A DNA stretch of 57,578 bases from a virus (taxonomy: Duplodnaviria; Caudoviricetes), in the IMG/VR virus record IMGVR_UViG_3300017647_000281, positions 1 to 57,578 of that record. The stretch is one strand, 5' to 3'. The notes under the pieces are model-generated. The model did no database searches. It had not been told where the DNA came from and was given only the letters and a program-made list of their open reading frames with translations. The position numbers and the translations under genes are program-made. Positions within the stretch are counted from its first letter, which is position 1. The number at the start of each line of letters is the position of its first letter. Shown here piece after piece: positions 42,947 to 52,100 of this stretch.

Positions 42947-44125
42947 TCAGGTGATCGCCCGACACCCCTCAACCCAATCAGCCCAGGCCTGCATCATCTC
43001 CCGCCGCTCATCCAGGTAGACAGCGTGGTTATACGCGGCCTTGGTCTTGTCCTTCTCCTTGTGAGCCATCTGCACGTCGATCACCTTGGGCCGGAAGCGC
43101 TTCATCTCTTCCAGGTGCGTGTTCGCGGTAGCCCGGAAGTCGTGGCAATGCCACCCCTTGAGCCCCATGTACTCCATCGCCCTGTTCAATGTCGTCGCGC
43201 TCAGTGGCTGGGTTGGGTCCTTCAGGCCCGGGAACAGCAGTTCGCCACCGGTGATCCCGCGCAACTCCCTCAGCAGGTCAATCGCCTGTGTTGGAAGCGG
43301 CACCAGGTGCACGCGGCGCTTCTTCATTCTCTCCGCCGGCACGGTCCACAGCGCGCTATCCAAATCGAATTCTGACCAGCGCGCGGCGCGCAGTTCGATG
43401 GTGCGAGTGAACAGCATCGGCAGCAGGCGCAGGGCTATCACAGTGCCACGGAATCCCTTGTACCGATCGACCGCGGCCAGATAGGTGCCCAACTGCTCAC
43501 GTGACATCGGCTGGCTGTGATTGATCTCGCCGCGCTCGACGGCCCCTTTCACCGCGGCCGCTGGATCAGCGTCAGCCCGAAGGGTAACCACCCCGAAACA
43601 GAAGACCGCCGACACCCACTGCCTGACCTGCAGGGCGTAGGCCGAAGCTCCTCGGCCATCCATCCGGCGCATGATCTCCAAGATGTGGGCTGCGGTGATC
43701 TCGCGCATTGGCAGCCGGCCAATCACAGGGTAGACGTTCCCCTCGAAGGCGCGCCGGATCTGGTCTCGGTATTTCTCCGTCCGCTTGGTCAGGCGCTCGT
43801 CAATCCACTCCTCCGCAACAGCCTTGAACGTGTTCTTGTTCTCTGCCAGCTGCTTGGCCTTCTCGGTCTGCCGCACGTGCGAAGGATGCCGGCCTGCCTT
43901 CACCAGGGCCTTGGCTTCGTCACGCTCTGCGCGCGCGTCCGAAAGTGAGACGTCAGGGTAGGCCCCGATCGCGAAGGTGTTTTCCTTGCCAGCGAGTCGA
44001 TAGCGATAGCGCCAGAGCTTCGAGCCGTTAGGGCGCACCTCAAGGAAAAGGCCGCCGCTGTCGGTGAGCTTGATAGGAGTGTCACCAGGCTTGGCCTGGC
44101 GGATCTTCACGTCGGTGAGAGGCAT
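42947..44125 (-). CDS. int: Tyrosine integrase, P4 family
   Basis: MPLTDVKIRQAKP...D.GGL.L.V...G.K.WR arm domain; R..EL, HDFR, H, AYNHA.Y catalytic motifs. Confidence 0.95.
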   Translation of the reverse strand: MPLTDVKIRQAKPGDTPIKLTDSGGLFLEVRPNGSKLWRYRYRLAGKENTFAIGAYPDVSLSDARAERDEAKALVKAGRHPSHVRQTEKAKQLAENKNTFKAVAEEWIDERLTKRTEKYRDQIRRAFEGNVYPVIGRLPMREITAAHILEIMRRMDGRGASAYALQVRQWVSAVFCFGVVTLRADADPAAAVKGAVERGEINHSQPMSREQLGTYLAAVDRYKGFRGTVIALRLLPMLFTRTIELRAARWSEFDLDSALWTVPAERMKKRRVHLVPLPTQAIDLLRELRGITGGELLFPGLKDPTQPLSATTLNRAMEYMGLKGWHCHDFRATANTHLEEMKRFRPKVIDVQMAHKEKDKTKAAYNHAVYLDERREMMQAWADWVEGCRAIT

Positions 44126-44132
44126 GAGGGTA

Positions 44133-44172
44133 TGCGGGTATCGGTCCATTGATACCCGCAACGATACCCGCA
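44133..44172. repeat. Integrase arm-type binding repeats
   Basis: GATACCCGCA at 44151-60 and 44163-72, inverted copy TGCGGGTATC at 44133-42. Confidence 0.7.
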
Positions 44173-44278
44173 TTTTTCGGGGATGTCAGCGAACCTATGG
44201 GAACCGAAGGGGACATGAAAGCCGCTCAGATAGCGGCTTTCAGAGGGGAGGCGGAACAGAATGGGATTACAGAGAACA

Positions 44279-44308
44279 TCAATCGTGCTGATCGATCATC
44301 AGCAGCAT
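44279..44308 (-). pseudogene. trpG: 5' fragment of trpG at the att junction
   Basis: GAGGT RBS then ATG CTG CTG ATG ATC GAT (MLLMID, the TrpG/PabA N-terminus), then CAG CAC GAT TGA. Confidence 0.72.
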
Positions 44309-44620
44309 GTCTGCTCGGACCTCAATGATTGCACTGCTTTCGGTTCGCGTCGCCGGCGCACCCGGGGCGGCCTGGGCAGGACCTGGCCATTATGCCAGCG
44401 GATGGGGGGACGAACGCGAGGAAGGGACCGGCGCGAGGGCCGGGAAAGAAGGAATCAGGCGCGCCAGCGCCAGCGGGCGAATGCCTTGAGGAGGGAGATG
44501 AGGATGCTGTTGCGGTGAATCACGGTAGCGATCTCGCCAGATGATTGCCGAACAGTAGCCGATGGCCGCCCGGCAACGCAAGCCGCACGGGCCCGCGCGG
44601 CGCCGGGAGCCGGCGGGCGG

Positions 44621-44881
44621 CTAGCGGCAGGCTTCCAGCGCGGCGCGCAGGCGGGCCTCGTAGCCCAGGTGCTGCTGGCGCTCGGCAAGCAGTGCGCGGA
44701 CCTTGGTCTGCAGCGAGTCGGAGGGATGCAGGAGGGAAGTGGCGAACACCGGCATGGGGACGGCCGGCGCCCGGCAGGGAATGGCGACCGGCACCCGCAC
44801 TTCGAGCGCGGCCGGTTGGGTGGGCGCCGCTGCGGTGCAGGCCGCCAGCAGCGGCAGGCCCACGAGGAGAAGAACTTTCAT
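44621..44881 (-). CDS. Rz1-like o-spanin lipoprotein
   Basis: LLAAC lipobox; homologous to 1126-1386. Confidence 0.8.
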   Translation of the reverse strand: MKVLLLVGLPLLAACTAAAPTQPAALEVRVPVAIPCRAPAVPMPVFATSLLHPSDSLQTKVRALLAERQQHLGYEARLRAALEACR

Positions 44882-45237
44882 GGCGCCAGCTCCTGGTCGA
44901 TGAGCTGGCGCGCAGCGGCGCAGTCCTCGCCGTCGCTGTGCCCCGCCAGCAGGCGCTGGGCGGCCGCCTCGTGGGCATCCGCCTGCACCTGGGCCGCCCG
45001 CAGCGCCTGGGCGGCGTCGATCTCGCGCTTCCGCGCGGCTAGCGCCAGTTCATCCAGGCGGCGGTTCTGCTCGGCCAATTGGGCTTGCAACACGCTGCTG
45101 CCCTGGGCACAGAGCGCGCTCTCGACACGGGTGGCTTCCAGTTGCGGACGCAGGTGCCGGGCCGCGAGCCAGGCGCCCACGGCAACGCCGAGGCCGATCA
45201 GGAGCAGGACGACGGCGAGCTTCCGGTACAGGCTCAT
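44878..45237 (-). CDS. Rz-like i-spanin
   Basis: N-terminal TM plus coiled coil. Confidence 0.8.
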   Translation of the reverse strand: MSLYRKLAVVLLLIGLGVAVGAWLAARHLRPQLEATRVESALCAQGSSVLQAQLAEQNRRLDELALAARKREIDAAQALRAAQVQADAHEAAAQRLLAGHSDGEDCAAARQLIDQELAP

Positions 45238-45851
45238 CCCAGCACCTCCTGCGCCCGTCGCCACAGTTTCCGGCGCTCGGCCAGGCCATTGAGGCCGCCG
45301 TTGATGCGCCGGGTGATGTCCTCGAAACGACCGGCGTCGGCCAGTTCGTTCAGGCCCGCGTCCGCCCACCACCAGGCCGCCGACTCGCAGGCCCAGCGCG
45401 GTTCGGCGAGCGACTCCGGGTGGGCCTCGAAGGCCTGGCCGAGCGCCATGCCGACGCGCCGATAGTTGGCCCGGCCGGTGATCTGCAGCAGGCCACGGCC
45501 GCGGTAGCGCCAGCCATCGCCGGAGGCCTCGTCACCATTGCCGTTGCGCCCGGCGTAGGCACAGTTGGCGATGGCCTGGGGCTGGTAGGCCAGTCGGCAA
45601 GCCAGCGCGGTGGGCTTGCCGGCGGCGTTGCGGAAGCGCCGCGGCCAGGTGTCCGCCAGGCCCTGGGCGCTGTAGGCGAGGTTTTCCACCAGGCGCGTCA
45701 GCCCGGCGCTCTCGTGGCCGACCTGGGCGAGGAAAGCGGCGGCGCGCGGCGCTCGGTCAACCCCGTGGGCACGCATCGCCGGCACCAGCCAGGGCAGGAC
45801 CTGGTCGGCCCGGGGAAACAGCTGTAGCAGTTGTTGGTCGGTGATCTCCAT
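45234..45851 (-). CDS. Glycoside hydrolase family 19 endolysin
   Basis: AAFLAQVGHES, GDGWRYRGRGLLQITG, ITRRINGG.NG. Confidence 0.93.
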   Translation of the reverse strand: MEITDQQLLQLFPRADQVLPWLVPAMRAHGVDRAPRAAAFLAQVGHESAGLTRLVENLAYSAQGLADTWPRRFRNAAGKPTALACRLAYQPQAIANCAYAGRNGNGDEASGDGWRYRGRGLLQITGRANYRRVGMALGQAFEAHPESLAEPRWACESAAWWWADAGLNELADAGRFEDITRRINGGLNGLAERRKLWRRAQEVLG

Positions 45852-45862
45852 GCGGCCCTCCT

Positions 45863-46879
45863 TCAGCTGCGCCCCTTGCCACCCGCGGCATCGGCCTTGC
45901 CCTGGGCGCCGCCGTTGCAGGTGATGGTGGTGCTCCAGCCGCCGGCATCCAGGCGCTGCTCCACCGAGTCGGTGAGGAACTCGCCGTCCAGGCCGTCCTT
46001 GAAGCCGCTAAGCCGCACGCTGCGCTCGGCGAACAGGTCGCTGCGCCCGGGCATCTGCAGGCGCACGAAGGCGCTGCCGCGGTTGAAGTCGGCCAGCCGC
46101 GCCCTGGCCGCCTGCTCGGCGGCGCCGCGGTCCGGGTAGGGATGGCGGTCGACGAACTCGGCGCTGACGCCCTCCGGCGCCTTCGGGTTTTCCAGCGCCA
46201 CCTGGCGCATGGCGCCGCTGGCCGGGTCCTGGTAGCAGGTCTTCACCCGGCGGTAGACGGTACGGTCGTCGAGGCGCAGGTCGAAGGAACCGACATCGCC
46301 CGGCATCAGCTCCAGCGGCGCGATGGCGCGCCCGGAGGCGCTCTCCCCGGCCTGGCGCGGCAGCACCAGCAACAGGCCGTCGGCCAGCTTGGCGGTGCAG
46401 TCGTGCTGGCGGGCCAGACGGGTGATGAAGTTGAAGTCCGATTCGTTCAACTGCTCCGCGCGGGCGACGCTCACCTGCACCGGGCAGCGCGCGCTCCAGC
46501 GGTTGCGCGCGGCCAGGTCGAAGACGATCCGCGCCAGGCTGGCGTTCTCCCAGGCGGCGCAGCGGGTGCTTTTGCCCTCGCCGTGCATGTCGCCGGCGCG
46601 GCCGCTCAGGGTCAGCCGGCGGGGCGGCCCGTCGAAGCGGAGCGCATCCACCCGGTAGCGGCCCATGGGCGCCAGTTCCTCCCCGGCGTAGCCGAGGAAC
46701 AGGTCCAGCCAGGCGCCGCGCGCGGGCAGCGCAATGGCGCCATCGCGGTCGTCGAGGACCAGCTCGAAGGTATCGGACTCCAGGCCCGGCTTGTCGGTCA
46801 GGACCAGGCTGAGCAGACGGTCGCTGAGCAGGTGGGTGATGTCGCTGCCGTTGGCGAGCAGACGGAAGGTCGGGCGCAC
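45863..46879 (-). CDS. gpD-like late control/baseplate hub protein
   Basis: DRLLSL.LTD..G.ESD, EQ.NESD.NF.TRLA. Confidence 0.9.
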   Translation of the reverse strand: MRPTFRLLANGSDITHLLSDRLLSLVLTDKPGLESDTFELVLDDRDGAIALPARGAWLDLFLGYAGEELAPMGRYRVDALRFDGPPRRLTLSGRAGDMHGEGKSTRCAAWENASLARIVFDLAARNRWSARCPVQVSVARAEQLNESDFNFITRLARQHDCTAKLADGLLLVLPRQAGESASGRAIAPLELMPGDVGSFDLRLDDRTVYRRVKTCYQDPASGAMRQVALENPKAPEGVSAEFVDRHPYPDRGAAEQAARARLADFNRGSAFVRLQMPGRSDLFAERSVRLSGFKDGLDGEFLTDSVEQRLDAGGWSTTITCNGGAQGKADAAGGKGRS

Positions 46880-46925
46880 TTCGGGCCTCCGGAAAGGAAA
46901 GACCCCGCCGGAGCGGGGTCGGGGG

Positions 46926-47132
46926 TCAGTCCCACAGGCGTACCCGGGGATCGCTGGGGGGCGGCAGCTCGGGCAGGCGGATCAGCAGCCCGGCGCGCAA
47001 CGGCTGGGGCTCGTCGGCCAGGCCGGGGTTGGCTTCGAGGACGGCTTCCACGCTGCCCAGCAAGTGCCCGTAGTGGTACTGGCAGAGGCTGTCCAGGCAG
47101 TCGCCGTCCGCGGTTCTACAGATCGTCGCCAT
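46926..47132 (-). CDS. Tail protein X
   Basis: GD.LD.LC..HYG......VLEANPGLA. Confidence 0.9.
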   Translation of the reverse strand: MATICRTADGDCLDSLCQYHYGHLLGSVEAVLEANPGLADEPQPLRAGLLIRLPELPPPSDPRVRLWD

Positions 47133-47952
47133 AGCGGGTGAACTCCAGGGTGAAGGCCTGGCTGCGCGGCACGCCGTCGCTCAGCAGGCTGGATTGGTTC
47201 TCGCCGATGCGGGTGATGCACCAGTTGCCCAGCAGCTGGCCGGACCAACTGCTCAGGCTCAGCGGCTCGCGGCGCGCGGCGATGTCGCGCAGCTTCTGCA
47301 ACTGGCCGACGCCAGCGCCCAGCAGGGTGGCGATGGTGCCGCTGAGGCTCAGCGTCTCCGCGCCCTGCCCCGGCGACTGCAGGGCCGGGCGCCGGTCCAG
47401 GCGCGCCTGGGGCACCCAACTGTACTGGGTGTCGCGCACCAGCTTGTCGAAGGCCGCGGTGGACAGGTTGAAGTAGAAGGGAGTGGCATTCGGCGCCAGC
47501 GGCCGCATCACCAGCAGGTGGGGCTGCGGCTTGACCGCTTCCGCCGCCGGCGTGGTCAGCGGCGCCAGCAGTTCGCTGGGGATGATGTTGGCCAGCTTCG
47601 GGCTGATCGCCCCGGCGATGCGGTTGATCGCCTGACCGGCCCGCGCCGCCTGCCGGCCCAGCGCGTCCAGCCGCTCGTCCACCCGCTGCACGGCGCGCTC
47701 GGCCTTCGAATAGACGGCCACCACCTTGTCCAGCCGCGCATTGGCTTGGTCGATGCCGCGCATAACGCGCTGCAGTTGCACCGACACGCCGGGCGGCAGG
47801 CCCAGCAGTTTCTCCAGCTGGCCGCTGGCGTCCTGTAGCTCGCCGATGGCCTGGTCCAGTGGGTCGATCGTGCCCTTCAGCTCGCGGCGGCCGGCCTCGA
47901 TGGCCTGGCCGATGGACCGCAGGCCGGCCTGTAGTTGCTCCATGTAAGCCAT
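47116..47952 (-). CDS. gpU-like tail protein with N-terminal coiled coil
   Basis: W..Q.RL.RRPA.Q..G.G.E, G.PR...FTLEF.RYG. Confidence 0.85.
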   Translation of the reverse strand: MAYMEQLQAGLRSIGQAIEAGRRELKGTIDPLDQAIGELQDASGQLEKLLGLPPGVSVQLQRVMRGIDQANARLDKVVAVYSKAERAVQRVDERLDALGRQAARAGQAINRIAGAISPKLANIIPSELLAPLTTPAAEAVKPQPHLLVMRPLAPNATPFYFNLSTAAFDKLVRDTQYSWVPQARLDRRPALQSPGQGAETLSLSGTIATLLGAGVGQLQKLRDIAARREPLSLSSWSGQLLGNWCITRIGENQSSLLSDGVPRSQAFTLEFTRYGDDL

Positions 47953-47980
47953 GCTGGCTCCTCATTGGTCATGTCGCCGT

Positions 47981-49903
47981 TCAGAGCCTCGGCAGGTCGA
48001 ACAGGCTGTCGTTGCGCTGGCGGCTGTTGAATTCGTCGAGCAGCCGGCGCAGTTGCGGCAGCAGCTGCTCGGCCAGCAGGCGCGGCTCGAACAGGCCGCC
48101 GCCGACGTTCAGGGTGATCTGCGGGGAGAAGTGCCAGTTCTGCACCGGCGGTATCGCTGGCGCGGCGGGAGGCAACTTCGCTTCGGGCGCACTGGCGGCC
48201 TCGGCCTTCGCCGCTGCACTCTCCTTGCCCAACCAGGCACCGAGCTTGCCACCGCCCCAGCCGCCCAGCTTCTCGCCCAGCAAGCCGCCGAGCGCACCGC
48301 CGATGGCCGTGCCCACCACCGGGACTATCGAGCCCACGGCAGCGCCCAGCGCGGTTCCCACCAGGGCGCCGGCGGCACCGCCATAGCCTTCGCCCTTCTG
48401 CTGCGCTGAGCCGTCGCTGGCATAGGTCTGCACGGCACCCAGCACAGCCAGCCCAGCACTCAGCGGTACGGCACCGCGCAGCAGCAGGCGACCGCCGCGG
48501 GCCAGTTGCGCGCCGCCCTTGCCGGCCGCGTCGAGCACGGCGGGCACTCCACTCACCGTGTTGCCTGTGCGCAGCGCGATCTCCGGCAGCTTCCCGGCTC
48601 TCGCACCGAGCAGGCCGCCCCGCGCCAGGTTCACGGCGCCGCGCCCCGCATCGAACAGCGCCCGGCCCCCCTTGTAGGCACCGAACAGCCCCACAGCCGA
48701 AGCCACCACGCCGGGGTTCTCGTTGACCAGCTGCGTCCCACGGCGGAAAGCCTCGGAGCCCACCTCCAGCGCAGGGTCCACGTAAGGCACGAGCGCATCG
48801 CCGACGGCTCCCAGCAGCGTCTCGCTGGATGCCCGCGCCGCACCGATGCGGGCCGAGGTCGTGTCATTGCGCTGGAGGAGAAGGCTGTCGACCACTCCAC
48901 TGGCCTTCAGGGCCTGCGCTTGCAGGTGCCGCAACGCCTCTCCGCCGCCCGAGGCCGGCAGCAGACCCTTGAGCCCTTTGCCCACCCTTTCGGCCGCCTC
49001 TTCGGGCGAACCGCTCTTGCGCATCTGCAGTTCCAGCATGGCCCCCAGGCGGACGACGGCCTCGCTGCCCTGCCCCTTTCGCGGGCGCGCCCTGGACAAC
49101 AGTTCCGGCAGATGGCGCGCCAGGTCCGCCGTCTCGAACTCGCCCCGCTGGCCGAGGAAGGCCAGGGAGTCCAGCGTCTTCGCCAGCTCGGCGGGAGTAT
49201 CGAGCCCGGCCTTCACCTGCAGGCTGCGCAGCAGCGCCGCAGTGTCGGCGAGCCCGGCGCCCTGGCTGCGGGCGAATTTCGCCGCCAGCGGCAGGAGCGC
49301 CTGGGCATCCTGCTGCCGCATGCCACTGTCCATCAGCGCAGCGAGCAGGCTCGCGCTGTCGTCCCGGCTCATCCCGCTGCCTTGCGCGCTTTCCTGTATC
49401 CGTTGCGACAGCTGCCGCTCCTGCGCGGTGCCGGCGATACCGCCACGGATCGCCAGGGCGCGGATGCGTTCCTGATAGTCCGCGGCGATACCGATGGGCA
49501 CGCCCATGGCGCTGCCGAACCTGCCCAGCTCGCCGAAGCGGCGGCCGGCGCTCTCCAGCTGCTCCCAGCCCCGGGCCCTGAGTTCGCTGCCACGCACACT
49601 ACGGCCCAGGCGCTCATACAGCTTCGACAGGTTGCCCACCTCCAGGCCTTGCCGCTTGAGCAGCGCCAGGTTGCCTTCCAGTGCCCGCAGGGTCGTGCCC
49701 GCCTGGGCGTCGCCGACGCGCTGCAGGCGCAGGTATTCCGCCTGCAGGTCGCGGGTTTCGCCGACCAGGCCCTGGAGGTCGAAGGCACGCTCGCTGCCGC
49801 GCCGGAGCGCTTCCACACGCGCCTTGGCGTCCGCCACGACCGCCCCGAAACTGGCGTCGAGCACCCCGCCGAGCACGATGCTGATCTTCTGTTTCTCGCT
49901 CAT
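47981..49903 (-). CDS. Tailocin tape measure protein
   Basis: 640 aa Ala/Gly-rich protein between gpE and gpU. Confidence 0.88.
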   Translation of the reverse strand: MSEKQKISIVLGGVLDASFGAVVADAKARVEALRRGSERAFDLQGLVGETRDLQAEYLRLQRVGDAQAGTTLRALEGNLALLKRQGLEVGNLSKLYERLGRSVRGSELRARGWEQLESAGRRFGELGRFGSAMGVPIGIAADYQERIRALAIRGGIAGTAQERQLSQRIQESAQGSGMSRDDSASLLAALMDSGMRQQDAQALLPLAAKFARSQGAGLADTAALLRSLQVKAGLDTPAELAKTLDSLAFLGQRGEFETADLARHLPELLSRARPRKGQGSEAVVRLGAMLELQMRKSGSPEEAAERVGKGLKGLLPASGGGEALRHLQAQALKASGVVDSLLLQRNDTTSARIGAARASSETLLGAVGDALVPYVDPALEVGSEAFRRGTQLVNENPGVVASAVGLFGAYKGGRALFDAGRGAVNLARGGLLGARAGKLPEIALRTGNTVSGVPAVLDAAGKGGAQLARGGRLLLRGAVPLSAGLAVLGAVQTYASDGSAQQKGEGYGGAAGALVGTALGAAVGSIVPVVGTAIGGALGGLLGEKLGGWGGGKLGAWLGKESAAAKAEAASAPEAKLPPAAPAIPPVQNWHFSPQITLNVGGGLFEPRLLAEQLLPQLRRLLDEFNSRQRNDSLFDLPRL

Positions 49904-49958
49904 CGCTCATTCCATCCATCAAAGGCGGGAGCGGCGCACGCACGCCGCTCCCGCGCCC

Positions 49959-50069
49959 TCAGGCAGCGTCCTCGCCCAGCCACCAGAGCAGTTCGCCCTG
50001 GCTCATGCCGTCGAGGTCGGCGGCGCCGAAGCCCAGTTCGCGGGCCAGGCGCCGCGCCAGCTCACGCAT
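49959..50069 (-). CDS. gpE'-like tail assembly chaperone extension
   Basis: LA.ELGF....LDGM...EL.WW; overlaps the gpE stop. Confidence 0.65.
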   Translation of the reverse strand: MRELARRLARELGFGAADLDGMSQGELLWWLGEDAA

Positions 50070-50373
50070 CCGCGTCGGGTTCGTCGCCGTCTTCGCGCAC
50101 CAGGCGAAAGTAGGCGTTCTGCAGCCGCTGGTAGTCGCTGAGCTTGAGCCCCTCCAGGTCCTGGGCGCTGACCTGGGCGAGGGAGGCGAACAGTTGCAGC
50201 TCGCGCTCCTCCGCATCGCCGCCGACACGGGTGGCCAGGCGGATGTCGCGCACCGTGGGCGCGCGCAGGGTCAGGCTGTCGACGCTGACGCCGTTGCATT
50301 GCGCCGGGCGCGACAGGCGCACGGTGGCGGCGTCGGCGCCCAGGCTGAGCCAGGCCGGTTGTGCTTGGGTCAT
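50062..50373 (-). CDS. Tail assembly chaperone gpE
   Basis: LTLRAPTVRD, L.L.DY.RLQ.AY. Confidence 0.88.
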   Translation of the reverse strand: MTQAQPAWLSLGADAATVRLSRPAQCNGVSVDSLTLRAPTVRDIRLATRVGGDAEERELQLFASLAQVSAQDLEGLKLSDYQRLQNAYFRLVREDGDEPDADA

Positions 50374-50383
50374 GGCGCGCACC

Positions 50384-50887
50384 TCACAGGCCGAGGTGGC
50401 CGCGCAGGGCCGCCAACTGGTCGACGCCGTTGACGCGGCGCACCGAGTTCAGCGGGTCGATCTCGAAGACCTCGCGGCCGTCGACCTCCAGCTTGTAGTA
50501 GCTGACCACCACGTTGAACTTGAACTCGGCCAGCTCGCCGACCTTCCAGTCGCCCGGGTCGACTTCCTGGAGCATGCCGCGCAGGGTCGCGATCACCGGC
50601 ACGGCGTCGCCCTTCTGGCCCTTGAAGGAGCCGCGGAACACGCCGTTGAAGCCGCTCTGGTCGGCCAGGCCGAAGAAGTTCAGCGCCTCGCGCCGGGCGC
50701 CGTTGGTGGAGAACTTCGCCTCCATCTTCTCCAGGCCCATGTCCAGGGCGATGGGCGCATCCATGCCGCCGGCCTGGTAGTCCTGGGTCTTGATGCTCAG
50801 CTTGGGCAGGGTCAGCGACGGCACGTCACCGGCGAAGCTGACGCCGTCGACGAACAGGTTGGTGTTGCTCAGGGTTTGCGGAATCAT
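50384..50887 (-). CDS. Contractile tail tube protein (FII)
   Basis: TLPKL...Y.AGGMD.P..D.G, EID..N.V..VNGVDQLA. Confidence 0.93.
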   Translation of the reverse strand: MIPQTLSNTNLFVDGVSFAGDVPSLTLPKLSIKTQDYQAGGMDAPIALDMGLEKMEAKFSTNGARREALNFFGLADQSGFNGVFRGSFKGQKGDAVPVIATLRGMLQEVDPGDWKVGELAEFKFNVVVSYYKLEVDGREVFEIDPLNSVRRVNGVDQLAALRGHLGL

Positions 50888-50899
50888 GGGTGTTGCTCC

Positions 50900-52057
50900 T
50901 TAGGCGTCGAGGACTTCGGTGAGCCACTGGTCGGTGACTTCCACGCGGAAGTTGGGGTTTTCGGCGGGCGGCACGTCGGTGAAGCGGATGTTCCAGTACA
51001 CCTTGCCCTGGGCCAGCTGGCTGGCGGTGTTGAGTTCCGCGTCGGCGTAGACCTCGAAGTCGATCACCGCGCCCTGGTTCTTCAGGTCGCGCATGAAGGC
51101 GCGCAGGCCCTCGGTGACGTCCTTGACGTAGGTCTTGGTGATGCCGCGGTCGACCGCCCACTTGTGCCCGGCGAGGATGGCGTCCATCACCATGTCGAGG
51201 GTGCGCACGCGGGTCACGAAGGCCCACTTCGGGTCGCTGGACAGGGTGCGGTTGCCCCACAGGCGGTAGCCGTCGTCGCGGATGATGGTGGTGACGTTGG
51301 CGTTGTTCAGCAGGTTGGCGCGGCAGGTCGCGTCGCCGTCGAGGAACTCCACCGGGCGGGTGGTGCCGGTGATGCCGGTGAACACCTTGTTCGACGGCGA
51401 GGACCAGAAGCCGTACTCGGCGTCGGTCCAGGCGAACAGCCCGGCGGCGTAGGCCGAGGCCGGAGCGTCGGCGGTGGCGCTGGCCTCGGTGTCCCAGTAC
51501 TGCACGCCGGGGTCGACCAGGTACACGCGCTTGCTGCCGAACTCGCCGGCATAGGCGATGGCCGCCTCGTCGGTGCTGTTCGGCCCGTCGACGATGGCGA
51601 TGGCGCGCAGCTTGCCGGCCAGGGCGTCCATGGCGGTGGCCACGGCCTCGGTGGCGGAATGCTTCGGCGCCACCAGCAGGCGCGGCTGGGCGTTGAAGCG
51701 CGACTTGCCGTCGAGCAGCGCTTGCAGGCCGGTGCGCTGGCCGGACTCGGTGACGCTGCCGATGATCGCCGAGGTCTGCTGCGCCGGGTCCTCGACCTCG
51801 GCCACACCCACCGCGACGACCACGGCGGAGGCCTGGGTGAAGATGGCGGTGCAGGCCTTGTAGATTGCCGAGCCCACGCCGAAGGCGGCGGCCGCCTCGC
51901 GCAGGCTGGTCAGCAGCACCGGCACGTCGGGCTCGGCGCTGGCCGGAGCGCCCGGGGTGAAGGTATCCACCAGGCCGATGATCGAGGACGACGGCAGCGC
52001 GATGGTGCGCGCGCCGATGTCGACGTTGGTCACGGTAACGCCGTGAAAGAAGCTCAT
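50900..52057 (-). CDS. Contractile tail sheath protein (FI)
   Basis: FFHGVTV, GFW.SPSN, GYRLWGNRT, VPPAEN. Confidence 0.95.
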   Translation of the reverse strand: MSFFHGVTVTNVDIGARTIALPSSSIIGLVDTFTPGAPASAEPDVPVLLTSLREAAAAFGVGSAIYKACTAIFTQASAVVVAVGVAEVEDPAQQTSAIIGSVTESGQRTGLQALLDGKSRFNAQPRLLVAPKHSATEAVATAMDALAGKLRAIAIVDGPNSTDEAAIAYAGEFGSKRVYLVDPGVQYWDTEASATADAPASAYAAGLFAWTDAEYGFWSSPSNKVFTGITGTTRPVEFLDGDATCRANLLNNANVTTIIRDDGYRLWGNRTLSSDPKWAFVTRVRTLDMVMDAILAGHKWAVDRGITKTYVKDVTEGLRAFMRDLKNQGAVIDFEVYADAELNTASQLAQGKVYWNIRFTDVPPAENPNFRVEVTDQWLTEVLDA

Positions 52058-52075
52058 AGGATTTTCTCCAGACAT

Positions 52076-52098
52076 AAAAAAACCGCCGGTAGGCGGTT
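52076..52098 (-). terminator. Intrinsic terminator between the fibre module and the sheath gene
   Basis: Minus strand AACCGCC-TACC-GGCGGTTTTTTT. Confidence 0.7.
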
Positions 52099-52100
52099 GT

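Larger units (their letters stand above)
1..44308. mobile_element. Temperate lambda-like siphovirus prophage (left end outside window), integrated at the 5' end of trpG
   Basis: Contiguous integrase, excisionase, cI/cro, replication, Q, terminase, portal, capsid, tail, tape measure and lysis genes; trpG start codons at the right junction. Confidence 0.93.

Noticed and set aside
44133-44172. CRISPR-like or iteron array
   Set aside because: Only three 10-bp copies with no spacers; their position beside int fits arm-type sites. No CRISPR array was seen anywhere in the window.
49959-50120. Programmed -1 frameshift joining gpE and gpE'
   Set aside because: No canonical slippery heptamer is evident and gpE' has its own ATG overlapping the gpE stop; this arrangement is ordinary for such clusters.
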